Positions 10,711 through 19,477 of a stretch of 44,281 nt of DNA are shown in pieces. Source of the DNA: Planctomycetaceae bacterium (GTDB lineage: Bacteria; Planctomycetota; Planctomycetia; Pirellulales; UBA1268); contig SXHR01000131.1 in the NCBI GenBank assembly GCA_005773625.1, positions 1-44,281 on the forward strand. Direction: 5' to 3'. Made by a program: the position numbers and the translations under genes. Every line of letters starts with the position of its first letter. The first letter of the stretch is position 1. Under the pieces are notes generated by a model, which was not told where the DNA came from, did not search any database, and saw only the letters and a list, made by a program, of their open reading frames with translations.

Positions 10711-12168
10711 ATGGTGCGGCCGGTGGCGGTGTTTCTGGCGTGGATCGTCTGCATGGCGATCGCTCCCGCAGATGTCGGCGATCAGGTGGACCACGAAGCC
10801 CCCGCCGACCCGGTGGCGGTTCAGGAGCCCCCCGTCAGGATCAGGCTCAAGCTCGACGTGCAGGGGGAGATTTTTGCCCCCGCGGGACGCGACGCGCCCC
10901 CGCTGCGGCGGCCGATCGTGCTCGACGCCCGATTCGACTTCGTGGAAACGCCGGTTGCAGGCGATGAGCGGGCGGCCGTGGAACGTCGCTACAGCGACGC
11001 ATCGGCCGAGCTCCGCATCGATGGCGAGCCACGTCGAACGACGCTGGCCGACGATGCCCGGACCGTGAAGGCCGTGCTGCGGGGCACCACGCCGTCGCCC
11101 TATCTCGCCGATGGGTGTCTCTCGCGGGAAGAGATGGATCTCCTCGAGACCCCCTTCGATCCCCTGCTCATCGACGCGCTGCGGTCCGTGGAGCCCGTCG
11201 CCCCGGGGGCCACCTGGGACGTCTCCGGAGATGTCATCGCGGGGCTTCTCGGCATCGACACCGTCGAATCGGGGGGCATCAAGGCGACGTTTCAGGAGAT
11301 CGTCGATGGCCGCGCCAACGTGAGTTTTTCAGGCATCGTCGATGGCGCCGCCGACGGCGTGCCCGCACACGTCACGGTCGAGGGCTCCTACACGCTGCCC
11401 ATCGACGAGCCATCGGCGACCGGCACGGTGGCGTTCGAGAACCGCGTCGCCTCGCTGACGGTGACACTCGGGGAACGACGCGAGGCCAGCCACGTGGCGC
11501 CGGGCTTCGACGTCGAGGCCAGGCTCTCGATCGCCCGCACGACCGAGGCTGGAGAGACGCAGTGGCCGCCCGTCGAGGACGCCAAGGGCGACGCTCCGCA
11601 GCGCCGTCGCGGCAGCGGCAGTCCGGGGATGGTCTGGCAGCGGGACACGGCGGGACGCTACGACCTCGTGCACGACGAACGCTGGCGGATGATCGAAGAC
11701 GGCGGCGACGGACTGGTGATGCGATTCGTCGATCGCGGGGCCCTCGTCGCGCAGTGTTCGATCATGGCGTTGCCGCGTTCGTCTCCGCAGTCGCCCCCCT
11801 CCATCGCCGAGGTGGAACGGGACATCGAGCGGTCGCTGGCCGGCCAGTTTGGCCGTGTCGAACATTCATCGGAGGCGAGTCGGAGCGACGGAGTGCGGCT
11901 CGTGCGGGTGGTCACGGCGGGCCGGGCCGGCGACCTGCCGTTTCGCTGGATCCACCATGTGCTCACCGACAACGCCGGACATCGGCTGGCGGTCACATGC
12001 ATGCTCGAGCAATCGCTGGAGAAGCGGTTCGGGACGGCCGACCGCGAACTCGTGGACGGGATCACGCTGCCCGCGGTCGAGGGGATTTCGGCAGGGAAAA
12101 CGCCCGATCCGAGCCAGGCTCCTCCCGACCGTGAGGCCCGGTTGCCGCAGGATTCCCGGACGCCTTGA
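10711..12168 (+). CDS. Exported protein of unknown function (485 aa)
   Basis: The ORF spans 10636-12168. The preferred start is ATG 10711, preceded by GGAGGGA (10699-10705), giving the signal peptide MVRPVAVFLAWIVCMAIAPA. I recognise no motif. Confidence 0.7.
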   Translation: MVRPVAVFLAWIVCMAIAPADVGDQVDHEAPADPVAVQEPPVRIRLKLDVQGEIFAPAGRDAPPLRRPIVLDARFDFVETPVAGDERAAVERRYSDASAELRIDGEPRRTTLADDARTVKAVLRGTTPSPYLADGCLSREEMDLLETPFDPLLIDALRSVEPVAPGATWDVSGDVIAGLLGIDTVESGGIKATFQEIVDGRANVSFSGIVDGAADGVPAHVTVEGSYTLPIDEPSATGTVAFENRVASLTVTLGERREASHVAPGFDVEARLSIARTTEAGETQWPPVEDAKGDAPQRRRGSGSPGMVWQRDTAGRYDLVHDERWRMIEDGGDGLVMRFVDRGALVAQCSIMALPRSSPQSPPSIAEVERDIERSLAGQFGRVEHSSEASRSDGVRLVRVVTAGRAGDLPFRWIHHVLTDNAGHRLAVTCMLEQSLEKRFGTADRELVDGITLPAVEGISAGKTPDPSQAPPDREARLPQDSRTP

Positions 12169-12262
12169 CGCTGCCCTGCGTCACGGCGACACTTTTCGAC
12201 TGCGGAAAGAGCCCTGCGACGAGTTCCAGGGTGGCGTCCGCACTGACATTTTGAGAGGAGAA

Positions 12263-12308
12263 CCGCCGGCCCGCGGTGCAGGAAGTCTGACTTCGTCCCG
12301 GCCGGCGG
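12263..12308 (+). other. GC-rich stem-loop in the infC leader
   Basis: CCGCCGGCC (12263-12271) pairs perfectly with GGCCGGCGG (12300-12308). A nested near-palindrome GAAGTC-T-GACTTC sits in the loop. CCATCTTGTTCC follows, then the GGAGG of infC. Confidence 0.35.
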
Positions 12309-12339
12309 CCATCTTGTTCCGCGGCTGGAGGCGCGAGCC

Positions 12340-12840
12340 ATCGAGAAGCAGCATCGCATCAACGAGCAGATCCGAATCACGCCCATTCGCGTGATTTCCG
12401 GAGAAGGCGGACAGCTCGGGATCATTCCCACCGAAGAGGCCCTCAATCTCGCCCGGGAAGCCGGTCTCGATCTCGTGGAGGTGGCTCCCAACGAGAAGCC
12501 GCCCGTCTGCCGGATCATGGACTTCGGGAAGTTCAAGTACCAGCAGAAGAAGAAGCACCACAAAACACACGTCCATCACGCCAAGATCAAGGAAATCAGG
12601 CTCCGACCCAAGACGGGCGATCACGACATCGAGTTCAAGGTCAATCAGGCGAAGACCTTCCTGCTCCACAAGGACAAGGTCGTCGTCTCCGTCGTCTTCA
12701 GGGGGCGCGAACTGGCCCACATCGACGAGGGTCAACGGGTGATGAAGTCGATCGTTCAACAACTCGATCCGGTCAGCAAGGTCGAGGCCCCGCCGCAGCA
12801 GATGGGTCGTCGGCTCGTCTGCACGCTCTCCCCCAAATAA
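12340..12840 (+). CDS. infC: Translation initiation factor IF-3, probably starting at a non-canonical AUC codon
   Basis: The core sequence is [54 protein letters not shown]...[15 protein letters not shown]. The frame stays open upstream of the ORF-track GTG (12391) back to 12247 and encodes the conserved IF-3 N-terminal motif [14 protein letters not shown]. The in-frame ATC at 12340 lies 8 nt after GGAGG (12327-12331). The exact start is uncertain (12325 CTG, 12340 ATC or 12391 GTG). Confidence 0.85.
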   Translation: MEKQHRINEQIRITPIRVISGEGGQLGIIPTEEALNLAREAGLDLVEVAPNEKPPVCRIMDFGKFKYQQKKKHHKTHVHHAKIKEIRLRPKTGDHDIEFKVNQAKTFLLHKDKVVVSVVFRGRELAHIDEGQRVMKSIVQQLDPVSKVEAPPQQMGRRLVCTLSPK

Positions 12841-12891
12841 CAGTCCCCCAAACCGCATCCCGATCCCGTCGCCGAGTCAAGGAGTGTCGCC

Positions 12892-13095
12892 ATGCCGAAG
12901 CAGAAGACCCACAAGGGCGTGAAGAAGCGTTTCCGAATCACCGCCACCGGCAAGGTGAAGCACCGCCGAGCAGGCACGAGCCACCTTCAGGTGCGTCTGA
13001 CGGCAAAGCGGAAGCAGAAACTCCGTGGGACCGGCGTGCTCGCGAAGTCGGACGTGCATCGGATCCACGACGCGCTCGGCAAGTACAGTTACTGA
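12892..13095 (+). CDS. rpmI: 50S ribosomal protein L35
   Basis: MPKQKTHKGVKKRFRITATGKVKHRRAGTSHL... is a typical L35 sequence. AAGGAG (12879-12884) lies upstream of the ATG. Confidence 0.97.
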   Translation: MPKQKTHKGVKKRFRITATGKVKHRRAGTSHLQVRLTAKRKQKLRGTGVLAKSDVHRIHDALGKYSY

Positions 13096-13169
13096 CGGCC
13101 TGTCTGCCGGCGACGAGCGGTTCCCCCGAAGGCTGCTCGCCACGGATCCCCGTCCCCTGCAAAAATGCC

Positions 13170-13200
13170 CCGGAATCCAAGGCGCCCCTTGCAATTCCGG
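13170..13200 (+). other. Stable stem-loop in the rpmI-rplT spacer
   Basis: The outer stem pairs CCGGAAT (13170-13176) with ATTCCGG (13194-13200). The inner stem pairs CAAGG (13178-13182) with CCTTG (13087+100=13187-13191). The loop is CGCC. In total 12 bp pair, with small bulges. Confidence 0.4.
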
Positions 13201-13273
13201 TGATTCAAGCCAGATTTTGAGGTTCCTCCGAACCGGGCCCACGGGCCCCCAGCCGTCCAAGGTTTTGTAAGTC

Positions 13274-13651
13274 ATGCGTACCAAAAGCGTTGTTCCCCGT
13301 CTGCGTGCCAAGAAGCGTCTCTTCAAGCGGGTGAAGGGCTCCGTCGGCGGACGCCGCCGTCTGCTCCGGACCGCGAAGGAGTCGATCATCCGCGCCGGCG
13401 TCTACGCCCGCCGCGATCGGCGGCGGAAGAAGCGTGACTTCCGGCGGCTGTGGATCGTGCGAATCAACGCCGCCTGCCGTGAGCGTGGCTTCCGCTACAG
13501 CCAGCTGATCGCCGGCCTTGCCAAGATCGGCTGCGAACTCGATCGCCGCACGCTCTCCGAGATGGCCGTGCTCGATCCGACCGGCTTTGACGCGATCGCC
13601 GCCGAGGTCCGCAAGGCCCTCGCGTTGCCGGAGCCGGCCGCGGTCGCGTGA
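13274..13651 (+). CDS. rplT: 50S ribosomal protein L20
   Basis: [67 protein letters not shown]... is a typical L20 sequence. Confidence 0.97.
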   Translation: MRTKSVVPRLRAKKRLFKRVKGSVGGRRRLLRTAKESIIRAGVYARRDRRRKKRDFRRLWIVRINAACRERGFRYSQLIAGLAKIGCELDRRTLSEMAVLDPTGFDAIAAEVRKALALPEPAAVA

Positions 13652-13655
13652 CGCC

Positions 13656-14675
13656 GTGACAGCCGTTCCGCTCGATTCGTTCCGTGCCGATCTCGAGCGT
13701 CTCCGCGCCGATGCCGAGGCCGCTCTGATCGCGGTGGTCGATGCGGCGGCCCTCGAGGCGGCCCGGGTCGAGTTTCTCGGCGCCCGCAGTGGACGCTTGA
13801 AGGCGATTCAAAAATCGCTCGGCGGTCTCGAAGCGGCCGACAAGCCTGCCGGTGGCAAGCACTTCAACGACGCCAAAAACGCCATCACCGCCTGCCTCGA
13901 GGCGGCGCAGGCGAGGCTCGCCGGAGCGGCCGGCGAGGCGGAGGCGGCCCCGATCGACGTCACGCTCCCCGGGGCGACGGTGCCGCTCGGCCACTTCCAT
14001 CCGCTCACGCGGACCATCCGCCGCGTCCAGGAGATCATGGGCCGGCTCGGCTTCGAGAGCGTCGATGGTCCCGAGGTCGAGGATCAGTGGCACAACTTCG
14101 AGGCCCTGGCCATCAGCGCCGAGCACCCGGCCCGCGATCCGCTCGACAACTTCTACCTCGCCGTGGCCCGGGGGGCCGATCCGCTGCTGCTCCGCTCCCA
14201 GACGAGCACGGTGCAGATCCGGGTGATGGAAAACCGCGAGCCGCCGCTGCGGATCGTGTCGCTCGGCCGCGTCTACCGCCCCGACACGGCCGATGCCACG
14301 CACTATCCGATGTTTCACCAGGTGGAGGGCCTGCTCGTGGAGCCGGGCACCACGATGGCCCATCTCAAGAGCGTGCTGCGGCTGTTCGCCTCGAGTTTTC
14401 TCGGTGGCGACGTCCGCGTGCGGTGTCGGCCGTCGTTCTTCCCGGTCACCGAGCCGAGCGGCGAGGTGGACGGGGAATGGGGCGGCCGCTGGGTCGAGAT
14501 GGGCGGGGCCGGCATGGTCGACCCCGCCGTGCTCGAGGCCGTCGGCTACGACCCCGATGCCGTCTCGGGATTCGCCTTCGGCCTCGGCGTGGAGCGGATC
14601 GCCGCCCGGCGGCACGGGGTGGACGACATTCGGGATTTTTATCGCAACGACGTCCGGTTCCTGAGGCAGTTCTGA
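13656..14675 (+). CDS. pheS: Phenylalanine--tRNA ligase alpha subunit
   Basis: Class II aaRS core: [93 protein letters not shown]. The ORF-track start at 13518 overlaps rplT. The preferred start is GTG 13656, 4 nt after the rplT stop, giving 339 aa. Confidence 0.93.
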   Translation: MTAVPLDSFRADLERLRADAEAALIAVVDAAALEAARVEFLGARSGRLKAIQKSLGGLEAADKPAGGKHFNDAKNAITACLEAAQARLAGAAGEAEAAPIDVTLPGATVPLGHFHPLTRTIRRVQEIMGRLGFESVDGPEVEDQWHNFEALAISAEHPARDPLDNFYLAVARGADPLLLRSQTSTVQIRVMENREPPLRIVSLGRVYRPDTADATHYPMFHQVEGLLVEPGTTMAHLKSVLRLFASSFLGGDVRVRCRPSFFPVTEPSGEVDGEWGGRWVEMGGAGMVDPAVLEAVGYDPDAVSGFAFGLGVERIAARRHGVDDIRDFYRNDVRFLRQF

Positions 14676-14682
14676 GCCGCCC

Positions 14683-16746
14683 ATGATCATCTCGACGAAC
14701 TGGCTGGCGGATTACGTGCAGGTGCCGGGGACGGTCGACGAGCTCGACGCCCGGCTGCTGATGTCGGGACTCAACCACGAATCCACGACACGGATCGGCG
14801 ACGACACGGCCGTCGAGATCGAGGTGACCAGCAACCGGCCCGATTGCCTCGGTCACATCGGCGTGGCCCGTGAGGCGGCGGTGCTCTACGGCCGGCCGCT
14901 CCATGTGCCCGATCCGCGGCCGCTGGAAGGAGCTGGCGACGCATCGAAGAGCATCGCGGTCGAGATTCGCTCTCCGGAAATCTGTCCGTGCTACACGGCG
15001 CGGGTGCTGCGCGGCGTGCGGGTGGGGCCGAGCCCGCAATGGCTCGTCGATCGGCTCGCGACGGTCGGAATGGCGAGCGTCAACAACGTGGTCGATGTCA
15101 CCAACTACGTGATGCTCGAGTGCGGGCAGCCGCTGCACGCCTTCGACCTGTCACGGATCCGTGGCGGACGCATCATCGTGCGGCGAGCGGTCGAGGGCGA
15201 GCCCTTCACCGCGATCAATCACAAGGTCTACACGCTCACCGAGCGGATGTGCGTGATCGCCGACGCCGAGCGGCCGGTGGCGCTCGCCGGCGTGATGGGG
15301 GGCGCGGACACCGAGATCGGTCCCGGCACCACCGACGTGCTCATCGAGTCGGCTCAGTTCGCCCCGCTGCCGGTGCGGGCGGCCGCCCGCGGCCTGGTGC
15401 TCGCGAGCCCCTCGTCCTACCGCTTCGAGCGCGGTCCCGACCCCGCCATGGTCGACTGGGCCAGCCGCCGGGCGGCGGCGCTCGTGCTCGAACTGGCCGG
15501 GGGCGTGCTCGAACGCGGCGGCGTGGTCGCCGGCGAACTGGCCAGCGCGCCCGCTTCGATCACCCTGCCGGCTGGACGTGTCGGCGAGGTGCTCGGCGTG
15601 GACGTGGCCGCCCTTCGGCAAGAGGCAGTCCTCACCGGTCTCGGCTTCGTCGGGGAGCCGGCCGCCGGATCGCAGCTTCGGCGGTGGCGGGCGCCCACGT
15701 GGCGCCGCGACTGCTGGCGGGACATCGACCTCGTCGAGGAGATCGCCCGGATCGAGGGCTATGAACGGGTGTCCGAAGATGCCGTGATCGCCGCTCGTCC
15801 AGTCGAGCTGTCGTCGCGGGAAGTGACCGTGCGGCGGGCTGGCGAGGTGCTCGTCGGAGCCGGTCTCTGCGAGGCGATGACCCGCAGCGTGGTCACCGAG
15901 GACTTCGCCGCGACGGCGAGCCCCTGGGGCGACACGCCGCCGATCGTGATCGCGCCGCCGCTCGTCCGCGGCGCCGACCGGCTCCGCCGCAGCCTGCTCC
16001 CGAGTCTGCTCGAGGCCCGTGGCGGCAACGTCGCCGTGGGCGTGGACGACGCTGATCTCTTCGAGATCGCGCGGGCCTATCTGGCCCGGCCGACCGCCGT
16101 GGAGAACGCAGCCAGCCCCGTCGAGGAGCCGCTGCTCGTGTCGTTCGTGGTGGGAGGCGACTTCGCCCGTGCCAAGGGCCTCGCCGACGGAGTGTGTGCG
16201 GGGCTGGGCATCGATCGCGACGGCGGCACGAGGCTCGTCTATCGACCGTTGCTGCTCGATCCCTTCGCGCGAGGCCGCGCGGCGGAAATCCTGCTCGAAC
16301 GTCGCGGCGAACCGGCCGTCAGGATCGGCGTGGTGGGCGAGGTGTCGAAGGCCGCCACCGGCCGCTTCGGGCTCGGCGCCGCGGTCGCCGCCGCGGAGCT
16401 GCGACTCGACAGGCTGGAGTTCACGGCGTCGCTCGAACGGCGGCTCGTGAAACCGATCGATTTCCCCGCCATGCAGCGGGACGTCAATCTCGTGGTCGCC
16501 GAGAGCGTGCCGTGGGGAGACGTCGTCGACGCGATCCGGTCGGCGGCGGGCGAGGTGCTCGAGGACTGCCGGCTCGTCCAGGTCTGGCAGGACGCCGAGC
16601 GGCTGGGAGCGGGCAGAAAGAGCCTCGTCGTCACGCTCGCGCTGCGGAGCGGGGCGGGCACGCTTTCCGGCGAGGAGGCGGGGCGTGTCGTCGATGCCGT
16701 GGTGGCGGAGTGTGGCCGCCGCGTCAACGCCGTGCTCCGCGGCTGA
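14683..16746 (+). CDS. pheT: Phenylalanine--tRNA ligase beta subunit (short form, 687 aa)
   Basis: The gene lies directly after pheS. It has a B1-like N-terminus (MIISTNWLADYV...), a TSNRPDCLGHIGVAREAA motif, a B3/4 region (VNNVVDVTNYVMLECGQPLHAFD, VALAGVMGG) and an FDX-ACB-like C-terminus (LVVTLALRS...TLSGEE). Confidence 0.93.
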   Translation: MIISTNWLADYVQVPGTVDELDARLLMSGLNHESTTRIGDDTAVEIEVTSNRPDCLGHIGVAREAAVLYGRPLHVPDPRPLEGAGDASKSIAVEIRSPEICPCYTARVLRGVRVGPSPQWLVDRLATVGMASVNNVVDVTNYVMLECGQPLHAFDLSRIRGGRIIVRRAVEGEPFTAINHKVYTLTERMCVIADAERPVALAGVMGGADTEIGPGTTDVLIESAQFAPLPVRAAARGLVLASPSSYRFERGPDPAMVDWASRRAAALVLELAGGVLERGGVVAGELASAPASITLPAGRVGEVLGVDVAALRQEAVLTGLGFVGEPAAGSQLRRWRAPTWRRDCWRDIDLVEEIARIEGYERVSEDAVIAARPVELSSREVTVRRAGEVLVGAGLCEAMTRSVVTEDFAATASPWGDTPPIVIAPPLVRGADRLRRSLLPSLLEARGGNVAVGVDDADLFEIARAYLARPTAVENAASPVEEPLLVSFVVGGDFARAKGLADGVCAGLGIDRDGGTRLVYRPLLLDPFARGRAAEILLERRGEPAVRIGVVGEVSKAATGRFGLGAAVAAAELRLDRLEFTASLERRLVKPIDFPAMQRDVNLVVAESVPWGDVVDAIRSAAGEVLEDCRLVQVWQDAERLGAGRKSLVVTLALRSGAGTLSGEEAGRVVDAVVAECGRRVNAVLRG

Positions 16747-16756
16747 CCTGACACTC

Positions 16757-16774
16757 CCGCAGCGGGGGCTGCGG
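16757..16774 (+). terminator. Hairpin 11 nt after the pheT stop, a possible terminator lacking a U tract
   Basis: CCGCAGC (16757-16763) pairs with GCTGCGG (16768-16774) around a GGGG loop. No T-run follows, so function is uncertain. Confidence 0.3.
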
Positions 16775-16840
16775 TGCCCCGAGAGCGGCCGCGGGGGGGG
16801 CGGGTTCCTTCGGGAGGACGCCGTCGTGGATGGCCGGCGA

Positions 16841-16907
16841 CGCCAGCGGGTCTCGTCAGCGGTCAGCGGGTCTCGTCAGCGGTCAGCGGGTTTCGTCAGC
16901 GGTCAGC
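16841..16907. repeat. 20-bp tandem repeat, about 3.3 copies
   Basis: The units are cgcCAGCGGGTCTCGTCAGC, GGTCAGCGGGTCTCGTCAGC, GGTCAGCGGGTTTCGTCAGC and GGTCAGC. The array lies between the convergent pheT and DUF11 genes and overlaps the last four codons and the stop of the DUF11 gene. Confidence 0.9.
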
Positions 16908-19340
16908 ATAGACCCGGGTGATTTCTTCCTTCGTGATCGGCGCGGGCTGGTCGGCGCTCGTGAGCTGCACCTGCACCCGCTGGTCGCCCGCGCGGCGGCC
17001 CTTCACCCGGATGCGAAACACCGCCTCTTCGGCCGGGGCGAGTTTGGCGAGGGGCTCGAAGGTCACGGTGAGATTCTCGAAGCGATGGCCACCCGGGCCC
17101 TGTGCGTCGAGCGGTTCGAGGTCACCGAGCAGGGTGGCCACGAGTCGCACACCGGTCGCGGGTTTCGTGCCCTGGTTGCCGACGCGGACGACGTATTCCG
17201 TCACGCCGTCGACCTCGATCGGATCCTCGCTGTCGACCACCTCGAACGACAACGCGGCGAGTCCCTCGACATCGCAGGTGTGGGCCACCTGATCGGCAAG
17301 GCCGTCGGCGCTCCGGGCGGCGGAGACGATCTTCTGCGGACCGAGTTCGACCGGCATGACCACCATCTGCACCGAGCCGGTCTCGCCGGCCGGGAGCTCC
17401 TCGAGGTTCCAGAGCACGCGATGGGTGCGGTCATCGTGCCAGCCGGCGTTGTTGGCCTTCACGAACTTCATCCCCGGGGGCAACTGGGCCGCCAGTTCGA
17501 CTGCCCGGGCCGGCGCGGTGCCGGCGTTGACCATCGAGATCGTGCAGGTGGCCGGCCGTTGCAGGAACCGCCGCAGCGGCATGTCGACGGCCAGTTCGAG
17601 CGTCGGGGCCGTCACCTCGATCGGCACCTGGTGCACGGCCTCGACGCCGCCGTCGGCCCGCGCGGCGAATCGCGCGGCATGCACGCCGGGCCCGCGGGTG
17701 CCCAGCACGAGATCGAGGGTCCGCGACTCGCCGGGCCGCAGCTGGCCGACGTCAAACTCCAACTCGCGGCCCGAGCGATGGGAGACGTTCTCCGGCAGGA
17801 AGCCCTCGAGCACCACGCCGGTGGCGGTGCCGGTGCCCGGATTGGTGACCGTGATCGTGATCTGCAGATCGCGGCCGATGAGGACGGGCGCGGGCTGGCC
17901 GCACTCGATCCGGAGATCGGGCTTGGTCGCCCGCGACCGCACGGAGGCGTCGGCCCGAAAACTCACGCTGGCGATGCTGCCGATCTCTCCCTCGACCCGC
18001 GGCATGACCTCCATGGTCACGGTCGCCTGCCCGCCGGGCGGCATGGTGCCGAGCAGCCAGACAAGCGCACCCTCGGCGTCGCCCGAGGCCTGATTGATCG
18101 GGCTCGCCGGCGGCGTGGTCGTGACCAGCGACGTGCCCTGGGGCACGGCATCGCGAAGCATGACCTCGTGGGCCGTGGCGCTGCCGATGTTGCGGACGAG
18201 GATCTCGTAGCGGGCCGGTTTGCCGACCGAGATCTCGCGCGGCCCGCGCTTCTCGACCGAGACCTGCGGCGTCTGCACCCCTTCGAGTTGCATCGGTCCG
18301 GGACGCCCCTGGCCGACCGCGGGGCTTTGGTCGGGCGGCCGTGGCGAGGGCGCAGGACCCACTTCGGGATCGGCGTCGGCCATGTCGGCGACCAGCGGCG
18401 GCGCCCCGGCGAAGGGTGAGCCCACGGGGGCCGGCGGATTCGCGGCCGGGGTGACCTGTGCGGCGTTGCCGGCTGCTCCGAATGCGGTGGGCGCCGCTGG
18501 CGGGGACGGCAGTGGCGGAAGCGGCGCGGGAGGGGCCGGGGTTGCCAAGGGCGGGGTTGCCAGGGGCGGGGTTGCGAAGGCCGGGGGTGCGGCACCGAAG
18601 GCCGCCGCGGCGGGCGTCTCCGATGCGGCGAAGTCGCCCGGATCTTCAGGGAGGGGCTCGTTCGCGGGAGCCGTGGCAGGGGCCGCAAAACCGGTGGGTG
18701 GTGCCAGATCGGTCTTGGGTTCGGGGGAGATCGAATCGACCGCCGGATCGTGAGCGGCGTCCGCGGGCTCGGATGCCGCTCCAGCGGCGCCGTCCTCGGC
18801 CCCGATGCCATCCGTACCATTCGCGACCGGCGCGGCGTCATCGGCCTGCGGAAGATCGGCCGACGAATACCGCGAGAACCTGCCGGTCGGGGCCGCCGAT
18901 TCACCGGCTGCGGGGATGACGTGATCAGGCAGGTCGAGCGATGCAGGCCGGGTGGGATAGCGGTCATCGACGGGCAGGTCGTCGGCATCGCGATCGCGAG
19001 CCGCCGCCCGCGGCTGCCAGCGATCGTTTCGCGTGGGCGGAGTCGCGGGGAGGGCGTTGTCGGCGGGTGTCAGCAGATCGGGCTCGGCCGTGGCCGGCGT
19101 GCCGGCGTGGACATCGCCCAGCGGGTCTGCTGGCGGGGCCATGGCGGAAGTGGCGACCGCGGGCGAGTCGGGGCCGATGTCATCGGGGCGGGGCGTACGG
19201 CCGATGCCCAGTGCCCAGACGAGACCGAATCCGGCGGCGGCGCAGATCACTCCGCCGATCACCGCCGGGAGCGTTGAGCCCCGGGGCGGGACCACGAGTT
19301 CCTGACGAGACACGCGTGGTTCGGCTGACGGAACGGACAT
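16896..19340 (-). CDS. Membrane-anchored Pro/Ala-rich protein with DUF11-type conserved repeat domains
   Basis: The ORF spans 16896-19424, but the codon at 19424 is TTG. The preferred start is ATG 19338-19340 (MSVPSAEPRV...), followed by a TM segment (LPAVIGGVICAAAGFGLVWALG). A Pro/Ala-rich linker of about 300 aa follows. Then come repeated DUF11-like modules (YEILVRNIGSATAHEVMLRDAVPQG, ITITVTNPGTGTATGVVLEGFLPENV, CTISMVNAGTAPARAVELAAQLPPGMKFV, YVVRVGNQGTKPATGVRLVATL). Confidence 0.8.
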   Translation of the reverse strand: MSVPSAEPRVSRQELVVPPRGSTLPAVIGGVICAAAGFGLVWALGIGRTPRPDDIGPDSPAVATSAMAPPADPLGDVHAGTPATAEPDLLTPADNALPATPPTRNDRWQPRAAARDRDADDLPVDDRYPTRPASLDLPDHVIPAAGESAAPTGRFSRYSSADLPQADDAAPVANGTDGIGAEDGAAGAASEPADAAHDPAVDSISPEPKTDLAPPTGFAAPATAPANEPLPEDPGDFAASETPAAAAFGAAPPAFATPPLATPPLATPAPPAPLPPLPSPPAAPTAFGAAGNAAQVTPAANPPAPVGSPFAGAPPLVADMADADPEVGPAPSPRPPDQSPAVGQGRPGPMQLEGVQTPQVSVEKRGPREISVGKPARYEILVRNIGSATAHEVMLRDAVPQGTSLVTTTPPASPINQASGDAEGALVWLLGTMPPGGQATVTMEVMPRVEGEIGSIASVSFRADASVRSRATKPDLRIECGQPAPVLIGRDLQITITVTNPGTGTATGVVLEGFLPENVSHRSGRELEFDVGQLRPGESRTLDLVLGTRGPGVHAARFAARADGGVEAVHQVPIEVTAPTLELAVDMPLRRFLQRPATCTISMVNAGTAPARAVELAAQLPPGMKFVKANNAGWHDDRTHRVLWNLEELPAGETGSVQMVVMPVELGPQKIVSAARSADGLADQVAHTCDVEGLAALSFEVVDSEDPIEVDGVTEYVVRVGNQGTKPATGVRLVATLLGDLEPLDAQGPGGHRFENLTVTFEPLAKLAPAEEAVFRIRVKGRRAGDQRVQVQLTSADQPAPITKEEITRVYADR
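18538..18582 (-). repeat. 15-nt in-frame tandem repeat (3 copies) inside the DUF11-protein gene
   Basis: The plus strand reads GGGGTTGCCAAGGGC, GGGGTTGCCAGGGGC, GGGGTTGCGAAGGCC. It encodes the (A)TPPL pentapeptide repeats in ...FATPPLATPPLATPAPP... Confidence 0.85.
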
Positions 19341-19477
19341 GGCGACGACCCTCGCTGGACCTCGTGGGATCCCGAACCCGGACAAAATCCGGGAGGGAAC
19401 GCCGGGGAGTAGCAAAGCCCGCAACGAAGGAGAAGGTCAGTTGACGCCCGGACGAGAAGAGGCGCGGCCGAGGCGGT

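Noticed and set aside
16841-16907. The possibility that the tandem repeats here and at 42474-42503 are CRISPR arrays.
   Set aside because: The units are directly adjacent with no spacers, they are only 10-20 bp long with about 3 copies, and no cas genes are present.
16830-18419. A 529-aa plus-strand ORF starting in the 20-bp tandem repeat.
   Set aside because: It runs antisense to the DUF11-repeat gene and gives a low-complexity translation. Its repeat-encoded N-terminus (SGSRQRSAG...) is an artefact of the tandem array.
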